Under the pieces are notes generated by a model that was not told where the DNA came from, did not search any database, and saw only the letters and a program-made list of their open reading frames with translations. The position numbers and the translations under genes are program-made. A DNA stretch of 54,254 bases from Nannocystaceae bacterium (GTDB lineage: Bacteria > Myxococcota_A > Polyangia > Nannocystales > Nannocystaceae), in NCBI GenBank assembly GCA_040265175.1, contig JBDQGY010000001.1, positions 1 to 54,254 on the forward strand, in the 5' to 3' direction. Of the stretch, positions 16,346 to 25,904 are shown piece by piece (position 1 is the stretch's first letter; the number at the start of each line of letters is the position of its first letter).

Positions 16346-18133
16346 CTACGACCCCGCGGCGTTCGAGTCGAGCCCCGTCTTGAGCCACACGGAGATCCGC
16401 TGGATGGTGAGCATGCCGCCCACCTTGCTGAGATCGATGGCGCCTTCGGTGTCCTGTTCGAGGCCTGAAAGCTCCACGACGAGGCGGGTGCCGAGGGTCT
16501 CAATAATCGCGTCGGCGTGGGCGGAGGCGTCGAGGCTTCGCAGCCGCGTGGTGAGCCCGTCGAGAAGGGCTGGAACGAGCTGTCCCCGCGCGTCGAGCAG
16601 GTGGGCGCGGGCCCATGTGAGATCATCGACTGTGAGGGGGGCGAGGGCTCCTGCGCTACCCGGCAGTTGCTCGTGGACGAGCGCCGTGCGGATCAAGTCT
16701 CCGAGCCGCAGCTTCGCCGGGTCGTCGACCCGGGTGACCCACGAAGGATCGACCTTAAATCCCCGCGCGTCGAAGACGAGTTGGGCGATCGCGCCGGCTT
16801 GGGCGAGGATCACGGTGGCCTCGCGAACGGCGGCCCGGGAATCCATCGGCATCGTCGTCGTGCCCGGGATGCGCTTCGAGGGGTCATCCGACGCTCCCGC
16901 AGGGCGCTCTGGAAACCACTCCACGAGCGCGCGGAGCCACGGCCCCCAGGGACGGTCGAGCAGGGACCCAGGTTGGGTCAGCGAAACCTGTCCGCTCTTG
17001 TGAAGGGCGAGGGCCGCCTTCCGCAAGCGCGCGAGGGGGCCGTACCCGACCCGGAACAGCCCGCGCATCCCGATGGCGTTCATGCGGCTGTGGACGAAGG
17101 GCATCGGGTCCTCTTCGTCGACCTCCGCCGCGAGGAACTCGAGGCCTAAATTGAGGGTGGCCTGCGCTTGGTCTACGGCGCGACGCTGGGACGCGTCATC
17201 TCCGGGCTCAAAGCGTTGGGCCGCCATGAGTTCGTTGACGAGGAGTAAAAATTCTCGCCCTCGGACGCCGCGTTCGTGGGGGCTAAGTCGCTCAAGGAGC
17301 GCCGCGAGCATGGGGCGTGGATGCAAGCTCAACAGCCGCTCATCGTCCGCGCGGCCGCCTTGAGGTGCGGCCTCGGGAGACGCGGGGTTGGGTGGCCCTT
17401 CCGACGTCGAGGCTTCGCCACGGGCTTCGTTGCGTGAGATCGGCGCGAACAATCGCATGGCGTCCTCCCACGAGGGGAACCCTTCATCAGCGAGTCGCCC
17501 GGCCCGCCATCGGTACTGCGCTTCTTCCAGCTCCGAGCCGAGGCTGTACTTAATGAACCGCACGAGCTTCGCGCCGGTCATCAGGTCGTCGTGGTAGACG
17601 GCGTCGATGATCGCGAGGGCCTCTCGCCCTATCTCGTCATCGGGGACCCCCACGATGTAGTTGCCGTCCGGTGACTCGTAGGTCGCGAGGGTCTGCATGG
17701 TCGCGAGCGCTCGGTCCTTCCACGCGTCGTCATCGGGCTCAGCCTCGGCGACGGCGGTGGTGGCCATGAGGGCGAGCACCCACAACTCCATGTCCATGGA
17801 CTCCACGAGCGAGGTGAGGCTCCCGCGCGGTGCCTGTTGCTCCCGCAGGCATGTGGCCACCCGAGACAACCAGGTGCGCGCGGCCGGCGTATGGAGTCGA
17901 TCTCCTCGCCAGCCGTCAAAATCCACCACGGCGCGAAGCTGCTCCGGGGCGCCGTGCGGGATCAGCAGTTCGAGCCGCTGCTCCTTGGCCAGCTTTCGGG
18001 CGAGCGTGACGAATGTGGTGGGGGAGAGGCCCGGAATCAACTCTGGGAGGTCGTCCCGAAGCTCGAGCGAGACTGGATCGTTAATGATCGCAGCCAGGTC
18101 TCGCGGCGTAAGTGTGCGGATCCCCTTGGCCAT
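16346..18133 (-). CDS. Conserved hypothetical protein (about 595 aa, helical)
   Basis: The ORF track starts at TTG 18145; ATG 18133 gives MAKGIRTLTPRDLAAIIND... G/C is high at third codon positions throughout. I recognise no catalytic motif. The N-terminus is weakly MgtE_N-like. Confidence 0.7.
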   Translation of the reverse strand: MAKGIRTLTPRDLAAIINDPVSLELRDDLPELIPGLSPTTFVTLARKLAKEQRLELLIPHGAPEQLRAVVDFDGWRGDRLHTPAARTWLSRVATCLREQQAPRGSLTSLVESMDMELWVLALMATTAVAEAEPDDDAWKDRALATMQTLATYESPDGNYIVGVPDDEIGREALAIIDAVYHDDLMTGAKLVRFIKYSLGSELEEAQYRWRAGRLADEGFPSWEDAMRLFAPISRNEARGEASTSEGPPNPASPEAAPQGGRADDERLLSLHPRPMLAALLERLSPHERGVRGREFLLLVNELMAAQRFEPGDDASQRRAVDQAQATLNLGLEFLAAEVDEEDPMPFVHSRMNAIGMRGLFRVGYGPLARLRKAALALHKSGQVSLTQPGSLLDRPWGPWLRALVEWFPERPAGASDDPSKRIPGTTTMPMDSRAAVREATVILAQAGAIAQLVFDARGFKVDPSWVTRVDDPAKLRLGDLIRTALVHEQLPGSAGALAPLTVDDLTWARAHLLDARGQLVPALLDGLTTRLRSLDASAHADAIIETLGTRLVVELSGLEQDTEGAIDLSKVGGMLTIQRISVWLKTGLDSNAAGS

Positions 18134-18165
18134 GGTGCGCGACAAGGTACCATCGCCGTATCGGA

Positions 18166-19257
18166 ATGGAAGCGCCTCGTCATCCAGATATCGCGCGCGC
18201 CCTCGGGGAGGTGGGCCGGGCCATGGCCGCGGCTGGCGTCGAGGACGGGGCGGGCGTGGTCGTGGGATGCTCTGGGGGCGCGGACTCGGTCGCGCTGCTC
18301 GGGCTCCTTTGGCGTCTGGCCCGCAAACGCAGGTGGAGGCTGGTGGTGGGTCACGTGGATCACGGTCTGCGGCCCGAGTCCGAGCGCGAAGGGCAGCAGG
18401 TCCGTGAGCTTTGTGCGGCCCTCGGACTCCCCTGTGAGATCACGCGAATCATAGTGGAGCGGGGGCCCGACCTCGCGGCGCGGGCCCGAGACCTGAGGCG
18501 GGGGGCTCTCCAAGAGCTCGCGCGACGTCATGTGGCGAGCTGGATCGCCCTCGGGCACACGGCGACGGACCAAGTGGAGACCGTGCTGCTCAATCTGACG
18601 AGGGGCGCAGGCGTGGCCGGCCTCGGGGGGATGTCGCCCGCGGGCGACGGCGTGGTGCGACCGCTGCTCGGCATGAGCCGCGCGCGCGCCCGGGACCTCG
18701 CGGGGCGCATGCAACTTCCCTTTGTGGACGATCCGAGTAATGACGACCGCACGCATCCTCGCGTCCGGGTGCGGATGGAGGTGCTGCCCCAACTTCGTCG
18801 GCTCAACCCCTCCCTCGAACAGACCGTGAGCGAGGCTCTGGCGCAAGTACGCGGCGCGGCGGACCTCGTGCATGACTTGGCCGGGGCGGCGCTCGCCAAG
18901 CAACTAGAGGTAGGCGTGCGCGCGGGGGGCGGCATGGCAGGAGGCGGCCCCCTCCAGGGGCACCGCGTGCGGCCCCAGGGATGGCGTGCGATCCCGGCGG
19001 TGGTGCGACTTCAGGCGCTTCGGGACTTTTGCGTGCGGGAAGGGGTGGATGGCGGAGAACTCGCGGTAGGTGCGCTCCGCGAGGTCGACGCGGCGCTTTG
19101 CGAGTGGGACGCGCATCTCGAGGATGTCCGCCGTCCCGCCGTTGTCGGCGGGGCTCGTCCTAGGATTTTTTGCGTACACCCCGAACGCCAGCTATGCGTA
19201 GACAGATGGGGTCTTCACGTCGAATACACCGGAGCAGGGGCACCGACGGGACCGTGA
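18166..19257 (+). CDS. tilS: tRNA(Ile)-lysidine synthetase
   Basis: The ORF track starts at 18112; ATG 18166 gives MEAPRHPDIA... The PP-loop GCSGGADSVALL and VGHVDHGLRPES are present. The position upstream of ftsH is a conserved arrangement. Confidence 0.88.
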   Translation: MEAPRHPDIARALGEVGRAMAAAGVEDGAGVVVGCSGGADSVALLGLLWRLARKRRWRLVVGHVDHGLRPESEREGQQVRELCAALGLPCEITRIIVERGPDLAARARDLRRGALQELARRHVASWIALGHTATDQVETVLLNLTRGAGVAGLGGMSPAGDGVVRPLLGMSRARARDLAGRMQLPFVDDPSNDDRTHPRVRVRMEVLPQLRRLNPSLEQTVSEALAQVRGAADLVHDLAGAALAKQLEVGVRAGGGMAGGGPLQGHRVRPQGWRAIPAVVRLQALRDFCVREGVDGGELAVGALREVDAALCEWDAHLEDVRRPAVVGGARPRIFCVHPERQLCVDRWGLHVEYTGAGAPTGP

Positions 19258-19390
19258 GGTCTCGGCCGCACCACGTGTGGGCGGGCGAAACCCGCGAAAC
19301 GCGCACGTGGAAACTTGTGCCTCCTGCGTTCGGTCTTAGGATGGCCCTCTCTCACCTGGCGTCGCATGCTGGCGCCCCTTCGATCACGTC

Positions 19391-21334
19391 GTGAAACAAC
19401 AGACAAAATCCGTTCTCGTTTGGGCTTCCATCGCGCTGGCGCTCCTCTTCGTCGCGAGCCTCATCAATGAAACTAAGCGCGACGAGCCGCGAACCTACGC
19501 GGAGTTTGTCCGTGAGGTGCGGGACACGCCGAAGACCTTTGAAGAGACCGTGCTCGAGGTGCAGATGAAAGCCAACTCGGTCGCCGTTCACTACGAACGA
19601 GACGGCCGGAGCTTCTCCGTCCAAGGCCCCGCCACCGATGACCTCTTCGCGTTGCTGAACGAGAAGAACATCGACTACAAAGTTGAGCCCGAAGAGGAGA
19701 ACCACCTCCTGACCATCGCCATCGTGTTGATCCCGTGTGGGCTCCTCTTGGTGATCATGGTGATGTTCATGCGGCAGATGCAGGCGGGTGGCGGCAAGGC
19801 CATGAGCTTTGGCAAAAGCAAGGCCCGGCTCCTCAACGAGCACACGCAAAAAGTGACATTTAGCGACGTCGCGGGGATCGAAGAGGCGCGCGATGAGGTG
19901 GAAGAGATCATCGACTTCCTCCGCAACGCGAGGAAATACACGCGGGTCGGTGGACGAATTCCCAAGGGCGTCTTGCTCATGGGCCCGCCCGGCACCGGCA
20001 AGACCTTGCTCGCCCGCGCCATCGCCGGCGAGGCGGGGGTGGCGTTCTTCAGCATCAGCGGTTCTGATTTCGTTGAGATGTTCGTCGGCGTCGGCGCCAG
20101 CCGGGTCCGCGACCTGTTCGAGCAGGGCAAACGAAACGCCCCCTGCATCATCTTTATCGACGAGATCGACGCTGTGGGTCGGCACCGCGGCGCGGGGCTC
20201 GGCGGCGGACATGACGAGCGAGAGCAGACGCTCAACCAACTTCTGGTAGAGATGGACGGCTTCGAGTCCAACGACGGTGTGATCTTGGTGGCCGCCACCA
20301 ACCGCCCGGACGTGCTCGATCCGGCCCTGCTTCGGCCCGGACGCTTCGATCGGCGAATCGTGGTGGGGCTCCCCGACGTGCGCGGGCGCGAGTCGATTTT
20401 GAAGGTGCACACCCGCAAGGTGCCTCTGTCGGACGACGTCAATCTGTCCGTGGTCGCGCGGGGCACCCCTGGATTCTCCGGCGCTGATCTCGAGAACCTC
20501 GTGAATGAGGCCGCGCTCATCACGGCGCGCAACGATCGGGAGCGCGTGGGCAACATCGACTTCGACGCCGCGAAAGACAAGGTGATGATGGGGGCGGAGC
20601 GCCGCAACGCGCACATCTCCGACGAAGAGAAACTCATTACGGCCTGGCATGAAGCGGGCCACACGTTGGTGGCGAAGACCCTCCCAGCGGGGACCATTGA
20701 CGACATCCACAAGGTGACGATCATCCCGCGCGGTCAAGCGCTGGGGGTCACGCATCTGCTGCCCGACCAGGATCGACTGTCCGTCGACCTCGTCCACGCC
20801 CAAGGTAACATCGCCATGCTCATGGGGGGCCGTCTCGCGGAGGAGCTGCGATTTGACGGCCGCGTGACCACGGGCGCTGGCAACGACATCGCCAAGGCCT
20901 CCTCGCTCGCGCGCAAGATGGTGTGCGAGTGGGGGATGAGCGAGCGGCTCGGTCCGATCGCCTTCGGCCAAGCGCGCTCCGAGCCGTTTTTGGGTCGCGA
21001 CATTCAGAGCAAGCAGAACTACTCGGAGGCGACGGCGCAGGCGATCGACGAGGAGGTCCACCGGATCATCGACGAGCAGTACATCCGCGCCAAGAAACTG
21101 CTGCAAGACAACTGGGCCGCGCTTGGGCGCCTCGCGATCGCGTTGGTGGAGCGAGAGGTGCTCTCCGCCGACGAGGTGCAGCTGCTCGTGGAGGGCAAGC
21201 CCCTGCCGCGGATCATTCCGCCGGCGTCCGAGTCGAACGATGACGCCGCGGGCATGCCCGAGTTAAAAGAGCCGGAGACGCCCTCGTCGTCCTCAGGGCC
21301 GACGGGGTTCCCGCTCGCAGAGCCTACCGCCTGA
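19391..21334 (+). CDS. ftsH: ATP-dependent zinc metalloprotease FtsH
   Basis: GTG start. Two TM helices, Walker [23 protein letters not shown], the SRH region and the HEAGH zinc motif are present. Confidence 0.97.
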   Translation: MKQQTKSVLVWASIALALLFVASLINETKRDEPRTYAEFVREVRDTPKTFEETVLEVQMKANSVAVHYERDGRSFSVQGPATDDLFALLNEKNIDYKVEPEEENHLLTIAIVLIPCGLLLVIMVMFMRQMQAGGGKAMSFGKSKARLLNEHTQKVTFSDVAGIEEARDEVEEIIDFLRNARKYTRVGGRIPKGVLLMGPPGTGKTLLARAIAGEAGVAFFSISGSDFVEMFVGVGASRVRDLFEQGKRNAPCIIFIDEIDAVGRHRGAGLGGGHDEREQTLNQLLVEMDGFESNDGVILVAATNRPDVLDPALLRPGRFDRRIVVGLPDVRGRESILKVHTRKVPLSDDVNLSVVARGTPGFSGADLENLVNEAALITARNDRERVGNIDFDAAKDKVMMGAERRNAHISDEEKLITAWHEAGHTLVAKTLPAGTIDDIHKVTIIPRGQALGVTHLLPDQDRLSVDLVHAQGNIAMLMGGRLAEELRFDGRVTTGAGNDIAKASSLARKMVCEWGMSERLGPIAFGQARSEPFLGRDIQSKQNYSEATAQAIDEEVHRIIDEQYIRAKKLLQDNWAALGRLAIALVEREVLSADEVQLLVEGKPLPRIIPPASESNDDAAGMPELKEPETPSSSSGPTGFPLAEPTA

Positions 21335-21346
21335 GCTTGCGGGCGG

Positions 21347-21907
21347 TCAGCCGCGTTCACGAAGCGCCGCGCGGACCTGGGAGAGAAACGGTCCGGTGGC
21401 GCCCTGCAGCACCCCCTCGCGACGCGCGACCTCAAGGCCGTGTCCGTCGATGAGTACGGAGGTCGGATATCCGGAGACCTTGAGGGTGGGCACAATGCGG
21501 TTGTCGGGGTCGTGGACCACCGGGAATGGGAGTTCCCAATCGCGCACCGTATCCTTAACCCGCTGATGGTTGCGCGCGCTGTCGACGGAGATGGCGAGCA
21601 CGGAGAAGCGCGGACCTCGAAGCTCGGTGTGGATGTCCGCCAAGAGGGGGAGCTCGTCGAGGCAGGGCTCACACCACGTCGCCCACACGTTGACGAGGGT
21701 GAGGCGGTCTCCCGTCGCCGGCAGCGAGATATCGACGCCGTCGAGGGTGGACGCCACGTAGCGGATGCCGCCGTCGGCGGAGGACGACGCCTTTGGCGCG
21801 GGCGCCTTCCCGCAGGCTGCGGCGAGGAGGCTCAGCACGATCCCCACTGCGAGCGCGGACACGTGGCGTCGCGTCGGCGGGGAGAGCGTTTGGAGAGAGG
21901 ACCGCAT
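21347..21907 (-). CDS. TlpA-like thiol:disulfide oxidoreductase lipoprotein (thioredoxin fold)
   Basis: ATG 21907. It has the lipobox LLAAAC-GK and the redox motif VNVWATWCEPCLDELP. Confidence 0.85.
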   Translation of the reverse strand: MRSSLQTLSPPTRRHVSALAVGIVLSLLAAACGKAPAPKASSSADGGIRYVASTLDGVDISLPATGDRLTLVNVWATWCEPCLDELPLLADIHTELRGPRFSVLAISVDSARNHQRVKDTVRDWELPFPVVHDPDNRIVPTLKVSGYPTSVLIDGHGLEVARREGVLQGATGPFLSQVRAALRERG

Positions 21908-21916
21908 GGGTATGTA

Positions 21917-23215
21917 CTAGCGCGTCGTGTCCGCAGGGTCGAGGGGCGAGGCGTCGTGGGGGGTGGAGAGCATCCCGCCGCGTAGGGCGACGCTCCCGAG
22001 GTGCAAGACGCCGCGGCCGTCGGTGGGCTCCGGGGGGCGCGGTGGACGATCTGCTGCCGTATGGGTCGTCCACGCGATGTAGAGGACACCTCCATCGGTC
22101 TCGGTCGCGGCGCTGGCCTCGATGACCTCTCGGGCGAGCAGCGTCGTCGCCACACGGCCGTCTTCCACGGCGACGGTCATCGCATGCAGCGAGCGCGCGT
22201 CGTCGATCCATACCGCTACCAGGTGCACGTCATCGACCCAGTCTACGCGGACCACGTGCGCGGTGGCGCCGGGGAGCCGCGCCACTCGACGCAAGCTCGA
22301 GGGGCTCTGTCCTGCCCACAGCCAGGTCGCGCGGGAGCCGGCGGATCCGAGGGCGACCGCAATTCGATTGCCGCGGCACACGAGGGGGCGCTGGGCACGG
22401 ACGCAGCGCAGTTCTTCGTTGAGGGGGTGGCTCATGGCGATGGTGGCCAAGGAGGCGTGCCCCGCCGCTGCGCACCAAAGGCCGAGCGCGCCCCCTCCCG
22501 CGCAGGTGGTCAGCGCTTGGAAGCCGCCGTCCTCGTCGTCGACGGCGGCCGGGGGTACACGCAACGGCACCCAGGCATGTGAGGCGGCGTTGGAGACGGC
22601 CGGTGCGGGACGGAGGTCACGGCTCGGCAAGACGGGGCGCGGGAGGGCCGTCGTCCATGGGCCCTCCGGCTGCGTCGGAGCGGCGAGGAGGGCCGAGGTC
22701 GCGCGCGAAACGTCGGGTGGTAGCCCGAGGATCTCGGGGGCCGAGAACCGACGCCCGGCATCCTGCGTCGTGGCGATCCATGGTCGAAGCTGTCCCCCGC
22801 CGATGGGGGCGGACCAGCTCACCGCGACCTTCCGTGTGGGGGCGCTGACCGTGAAGAGAGGGGCGTCCGAGGCCACATTTTGAGAGAGCGAGGTGAGGTC
22901 GCGCCAACGGGCGTCCTCGAGGGATCGTGCCGTGAACACCAAGGCGTCGCCGCGCCCGCCGAGGCCGCGTTGCGTCCACGCGAGGTGAAGCCAGCCTCGT
23001 CCGGTCTCTAGGCGCGGACGGTTGACGGGCTGCGCGACCGGAGAGGCGATCTCGACGGGGCGCGTGAGAGCAGCCCCAGGCTCGGCGGCCGTGGGTTCAC
23101 GTCGAGACTGCGTCGGATCAGAGCGTGGCGAGGCCTCGCAGGCTTGCGCGCTCAGCAAGAGCGAGCCCATCGCTCCCGCCATAATATTCCTTCGCCGTCT
23201 CGGCCACGCGCGCAC
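21917..23215 (-). CDS. Secreted protein, probable BNR/sialidase-like beta-propeller
   Basis: GTG 23215 or ATG 23182. It has a signal peptide ending AQA-CEA and one clear BNR-like motif (ATTQDAGRRFS). There is no zinc-finger or anti-sigma N-domain. Confidence 0.6.
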   Translation of the reverse strand: MRAWPRRRRNIMAGAMGSLLLSAQACEASPRSDPTQSRREPTAAEPGAALTRPVEIASPVAQPVNRPRLETGRGWLHLAWTQRGLGGRGDALVFTARSLEDARWRDLTSLSQNVASDAPLFTVSAPTRKVAVSWSAPIGGGQLRPWIATTQDAGRRFSAPEILGLPPDVSRATSALLAAPTQPEGPWTTALPRPVLPSRDLRPAPAVSNAASHAWVPLRVPPAAVDDEDGGFQALTTCAGGGALGLWCAAAGHASLATIAMSHPLNEELRCVRAQRPLVCRGNRIAVALGSAGSRATWLWAGQSPSSLRRVARLPGATAHVVRVDWVDDVHLVAVWIDDARSLHAMTVAVEDGRVATTLLAREVIEASAATETDGGVLYIAWTTHTAADRPPRPPEPTDGRGVLHLGSVALRGGMLSTPHDASPLDPADTTR

Positions 23216-23224
23216 AGCCGCAGG

Positions 23225-23779
23225 TTAGCAGAGCAGCTCGGCAACCGGTGTTGGGCCCGATTGGAGATGTGCGCGCATGCGGGCCCGGCCCCGGTGGAGA
23301 CGGCTCATGACGGTTCCCAGGGGACATTCAAGGGCCTGCGCGGCCTCCTTGTAGGACCAACCGCGAACGTCCACCATGGTGATGACGCTGCGGAAGGGTT
23401 CCTCGAGCGCATCGAGAGCGGACACGATCTCGCGTCGTTTGTGATGTTGCATGAAGATGGTCTCCGGGTGCTGCGCCGTTCTTCGACGGTCGGCGGAGAC
23501 AAGATGGTCGACGAGATCGGGGCGGGCGGCTGTGCGTGTCACAACTTTGCGGTGGCGCTGTTGCGAGATGAACTTGTTCACCATCACCCGACGGAGCCAC
23601 GCGCGGACATTCGCGTCGGAGGCTTGGAGACGGTCCCAATGATTCCAGGCCCGGATCAAGGTCTCTTGCATCAGATCATCGGCGCGGTCGTCGGCCTTGG
23701 TCAGGCGCCACGCCAACGCGCGCAGAGTATGGAGGTGAGGTGCCACGCTGGATTCAAACGCTCGTTGGGAAGACAACAT
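23225..23779 (-). CDS. ECF-type RNA polymerase sigma factor
   Basis: ATG 23779. Region 2 reads DDLMQETLIRAWNHWDRL..AWLRRVMVNKFI. Region 4 reads WSYKEAAQALECPLGTVMSRLHRGRARM. Confidence 0.9.
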   Translation of the reverse strand: MLSSQRAFESSVAPHLHTLRALAWRLTKADDRADDLMQETLIRAWNHWDRLQASDANVRAWLRRVMVNKFISQQRHRKVVTRTAARPDLVDHLVSADRRRTAQHPETIFMQHHKRREIVSALDALEEPFRSVITMVDVRGWSYKEAAQALECPLGTVMSRLHRGRARMRAHLQSGPTPVAELLC

Positions 23780-23903
23780 GCATGGTTTCTTTGCACAACG
23801 TGGACCAATTATTTTAAGTCATCAATATAAGATACTTAGGGCGAATCTGGAGGAGGCGGACTTCGGCTAGAAACAATAAGTATCTAATCGAATATCAATC
23901 ATG

Positions 23904-25904
23904 TCATTGAATTCGATCGAGCGGTGGGACGTCTGGCCGCGCGTGGCCGGGTGCGATGACGAGGGGGAGGTGCGGGAGTGTGGGTAGCGGGATGGACATG
24001 GCGGCCGGCTGGTTCTGTCTGACGAGCCGCACCCAGAGCCATCCATCCACCGCGCGCTGGTTTGCGGAGGCCGGGCGAACCATGGACAACGAGTGGCTGG
24101 CGTCGCGCAGATCGGGAGCCATCACCGTGAGGGCCCCCGCGAGCTGTCGCACGTGGGGGTCGGGGTCTTGTTTTGCGCGCAGGAGCGCCGCGTCGACGTC
24201 GGGGGAGCGGAGGATCCAGCCGGTCAGCAGAGCCGCGGCGCGGACTCGCGGATCCTCGTCGAGCAGCGAGCGGGTGAAGATCACTCGACGGACTTGGCGC
24301 AGCCCCGCGCGCCCCCGGGAAGATGCACCGCGCTCGACCGGTGGCGCCACCATCGCCGGCGCCAAGGCCACGCAGTGTCGCATGGCAGGGCCGCTCGCGA
24401 GATGACGCCGCGCCACATCCCAAGCCGCGCGACGGGTGTGGCGATCGTCGGCGGCGCGGAGCAGCGCCCAGAGTGCGCCGCACCGTGTGGCGGGGGCGCG
24501 GCCCGCATCGCCGATCCAGCGTACGAGTTCCGCGAGCGCGAGGTCTCGATGTACGGAGGTCGTCCCGCGCGGGAGGTCTGCGGTAGGCTCCGATGGGCTC
24601 GCGAGAAAGCGCCACATCAGGGCCTCTGTCCGAGGCAACTCGGGGGTCATCGCCATGGCCCGAAACAAGAGCAGCCTCGCTTGTGTTCGGGAGCGGGGGG
24701 GCTGCTCAAAGGCGGAGATGACCCGAAGCGCGTGGCTCGCTTGCGGGCGTGGAGTCGCGTCGGCCACGGCGTGATCGCCAGACGACTTGTTCAAGGTCGC
24801 CGACACGCTGCTCCACGGCCTGCTCGCGTTGAGCAGCGCTTGAAGGCTGGCGCGCGACGACGGCCTCACGCGCGCCGCGGCGTCGAGACGAGCGCGAATT
24901 TCGGTTTGGTCGCTCTCGGTGAGGTTTCCAGCGAGGGTGCGAAACGCCAAGTCGGCGACGTCGGGGGAGTCGAGGAACTCGAGGAGCGTGTCGCGAGTGG
25001 TCGCCCGGAACGGTGCACGCAGCGCGAGGGTCCACGCGATGGAACTCTGCGAGAGGTGGGTGGGTGGCGACACGAGGAACTGCAGCAGGGCGAGGTCTAC
25101 CTCGGGGCCAGGTGTGCGGCCGAGCGCGGTCAGTACGGCGGCGGCGATGTCGGGCGTGGAGAGGGTCTCGAGCATGCGGAGGAGCCGCGGCGCAAATCGT
25201 CGATCTCCGAGGTGTCCGATGGCTGTGGCGGCGCGCGCTCGCACCAGGGGCTCCGGGTCGTCGAGGCCCTGGAGCAGGGCAGTCGCGCGTCGGTTGGGAT
25301 CGAGTGAGGAGAGGGTTGGCAACACCGCGGCTCGGACGACCGGGACCTGATCCGCCGCGCGGGCGGTGAGGGCTGGAAGGATGATGGCGCGCGCTGCGTC
25401 GGGGATGGTCGCGCCGAAAAGGCTCAAGGCGACCGCCTTCCGCTGCTCTGGATCGGGCGCATGGAGCCCGTCTACGAGGAGCGCTGCGACGGACTCGTCC
25501 ACAAACAACCGCAGCACCGCGAGGTAGGCCGCGCGACTCGCTGGGTCCGGGTCGAGGCCGCGGCGCCATTGCTCCATCGCCGCGGGGAGACACGCCTTGA
25601 GTCGTCTGTGTGCGCACTGTTGCATGGCCGCGCGCCGCACCGCCCGCGCGCGGCTCACGGCGGCGTCGGCGAGCAGGGCGCTCGCCGCAGCTTCGGGCAG
25701 GGCTTCCGACGACGCCACGAGCGCCACACCTACCTCGGGTGGCGTGTCGGGATCCGCCAATATTCGCCGGGCGGCGTCGGCGGAGCCTGGCCACAGCGGC
25801 GCGTCGGCGCGCGCGGTGGTCGAGGGGATCGCGAAGGCGAGGCACAAAGAGACGACCCACATCCATCGGCGGCCGCTGCGTTGCTCGCGATCGCCAACGA
25901 TCAC
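23904..25904 (-). CDS. Secreted HEAT-repeat protein
   Basis: The GTG 25904 start overlaps the upstream stop (GTGA). The signal peptide is MWVVSLCLAFAIPSTTARA-DA. There are many HEAT_2-like units, e.g. DPEPLVRARAATAIGHLGDRR and DEDPRVRAAALLTG. Confidence 0.8.
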   Translation of the reverse strand: MIVGDREQRSGRRWMWVVSLCLAFAIPSTTARADAPLWPGSADAARRILADPDTPPEVGVALVASSEALPEAAASALLADAAVSRARAVRRAAMQQCAHRRLKACLPAAMEQWRRGLDPDPASRAAYLAVLRLFVDESVAALLVDGLHAPDPEQRKAVALSLFGATIPDAARAIILPALTARAADQVPVVRAAVLPTLSSLDPNRRATALLQGLDDPEPLVRARAATAIGHLGDRRFAPRLLRMLETLSTPDIAAAVLTALGRTPGPEVDLALLQFLVSPPTHLSQSSIAWTLALRAPFRATTRDTLLEFLDSPDVADLAFRTLAGNLTESDQTEIRARLDAAARVRPSSRASLQALLNASRPWSSVSATLNKSSGDHAVADATPRPQASHALRVISAFEQPPRSRTQARLLLFRAMAMTPELPRTEALMWRFLASPSEPTADLPRGTTSVHRDLALAELVRWIGDAGRAPATRCGALWALLRAADDRHTRRAAWDVARRHLASGPAMRHCVALAPAMVAPPVERGASSRGRAGLRQVRRVIFTRSLLDEDPRVRAAALLTGWILRSPDVDAALLRAKQDPDPHVRQLAGALTVMAPDLRDASHSLSMVRPASANQRAVDGWLWVRLVRQNQPAAMSIPLPTLPHLPLVIAPGHARPDVPPLDRIQ

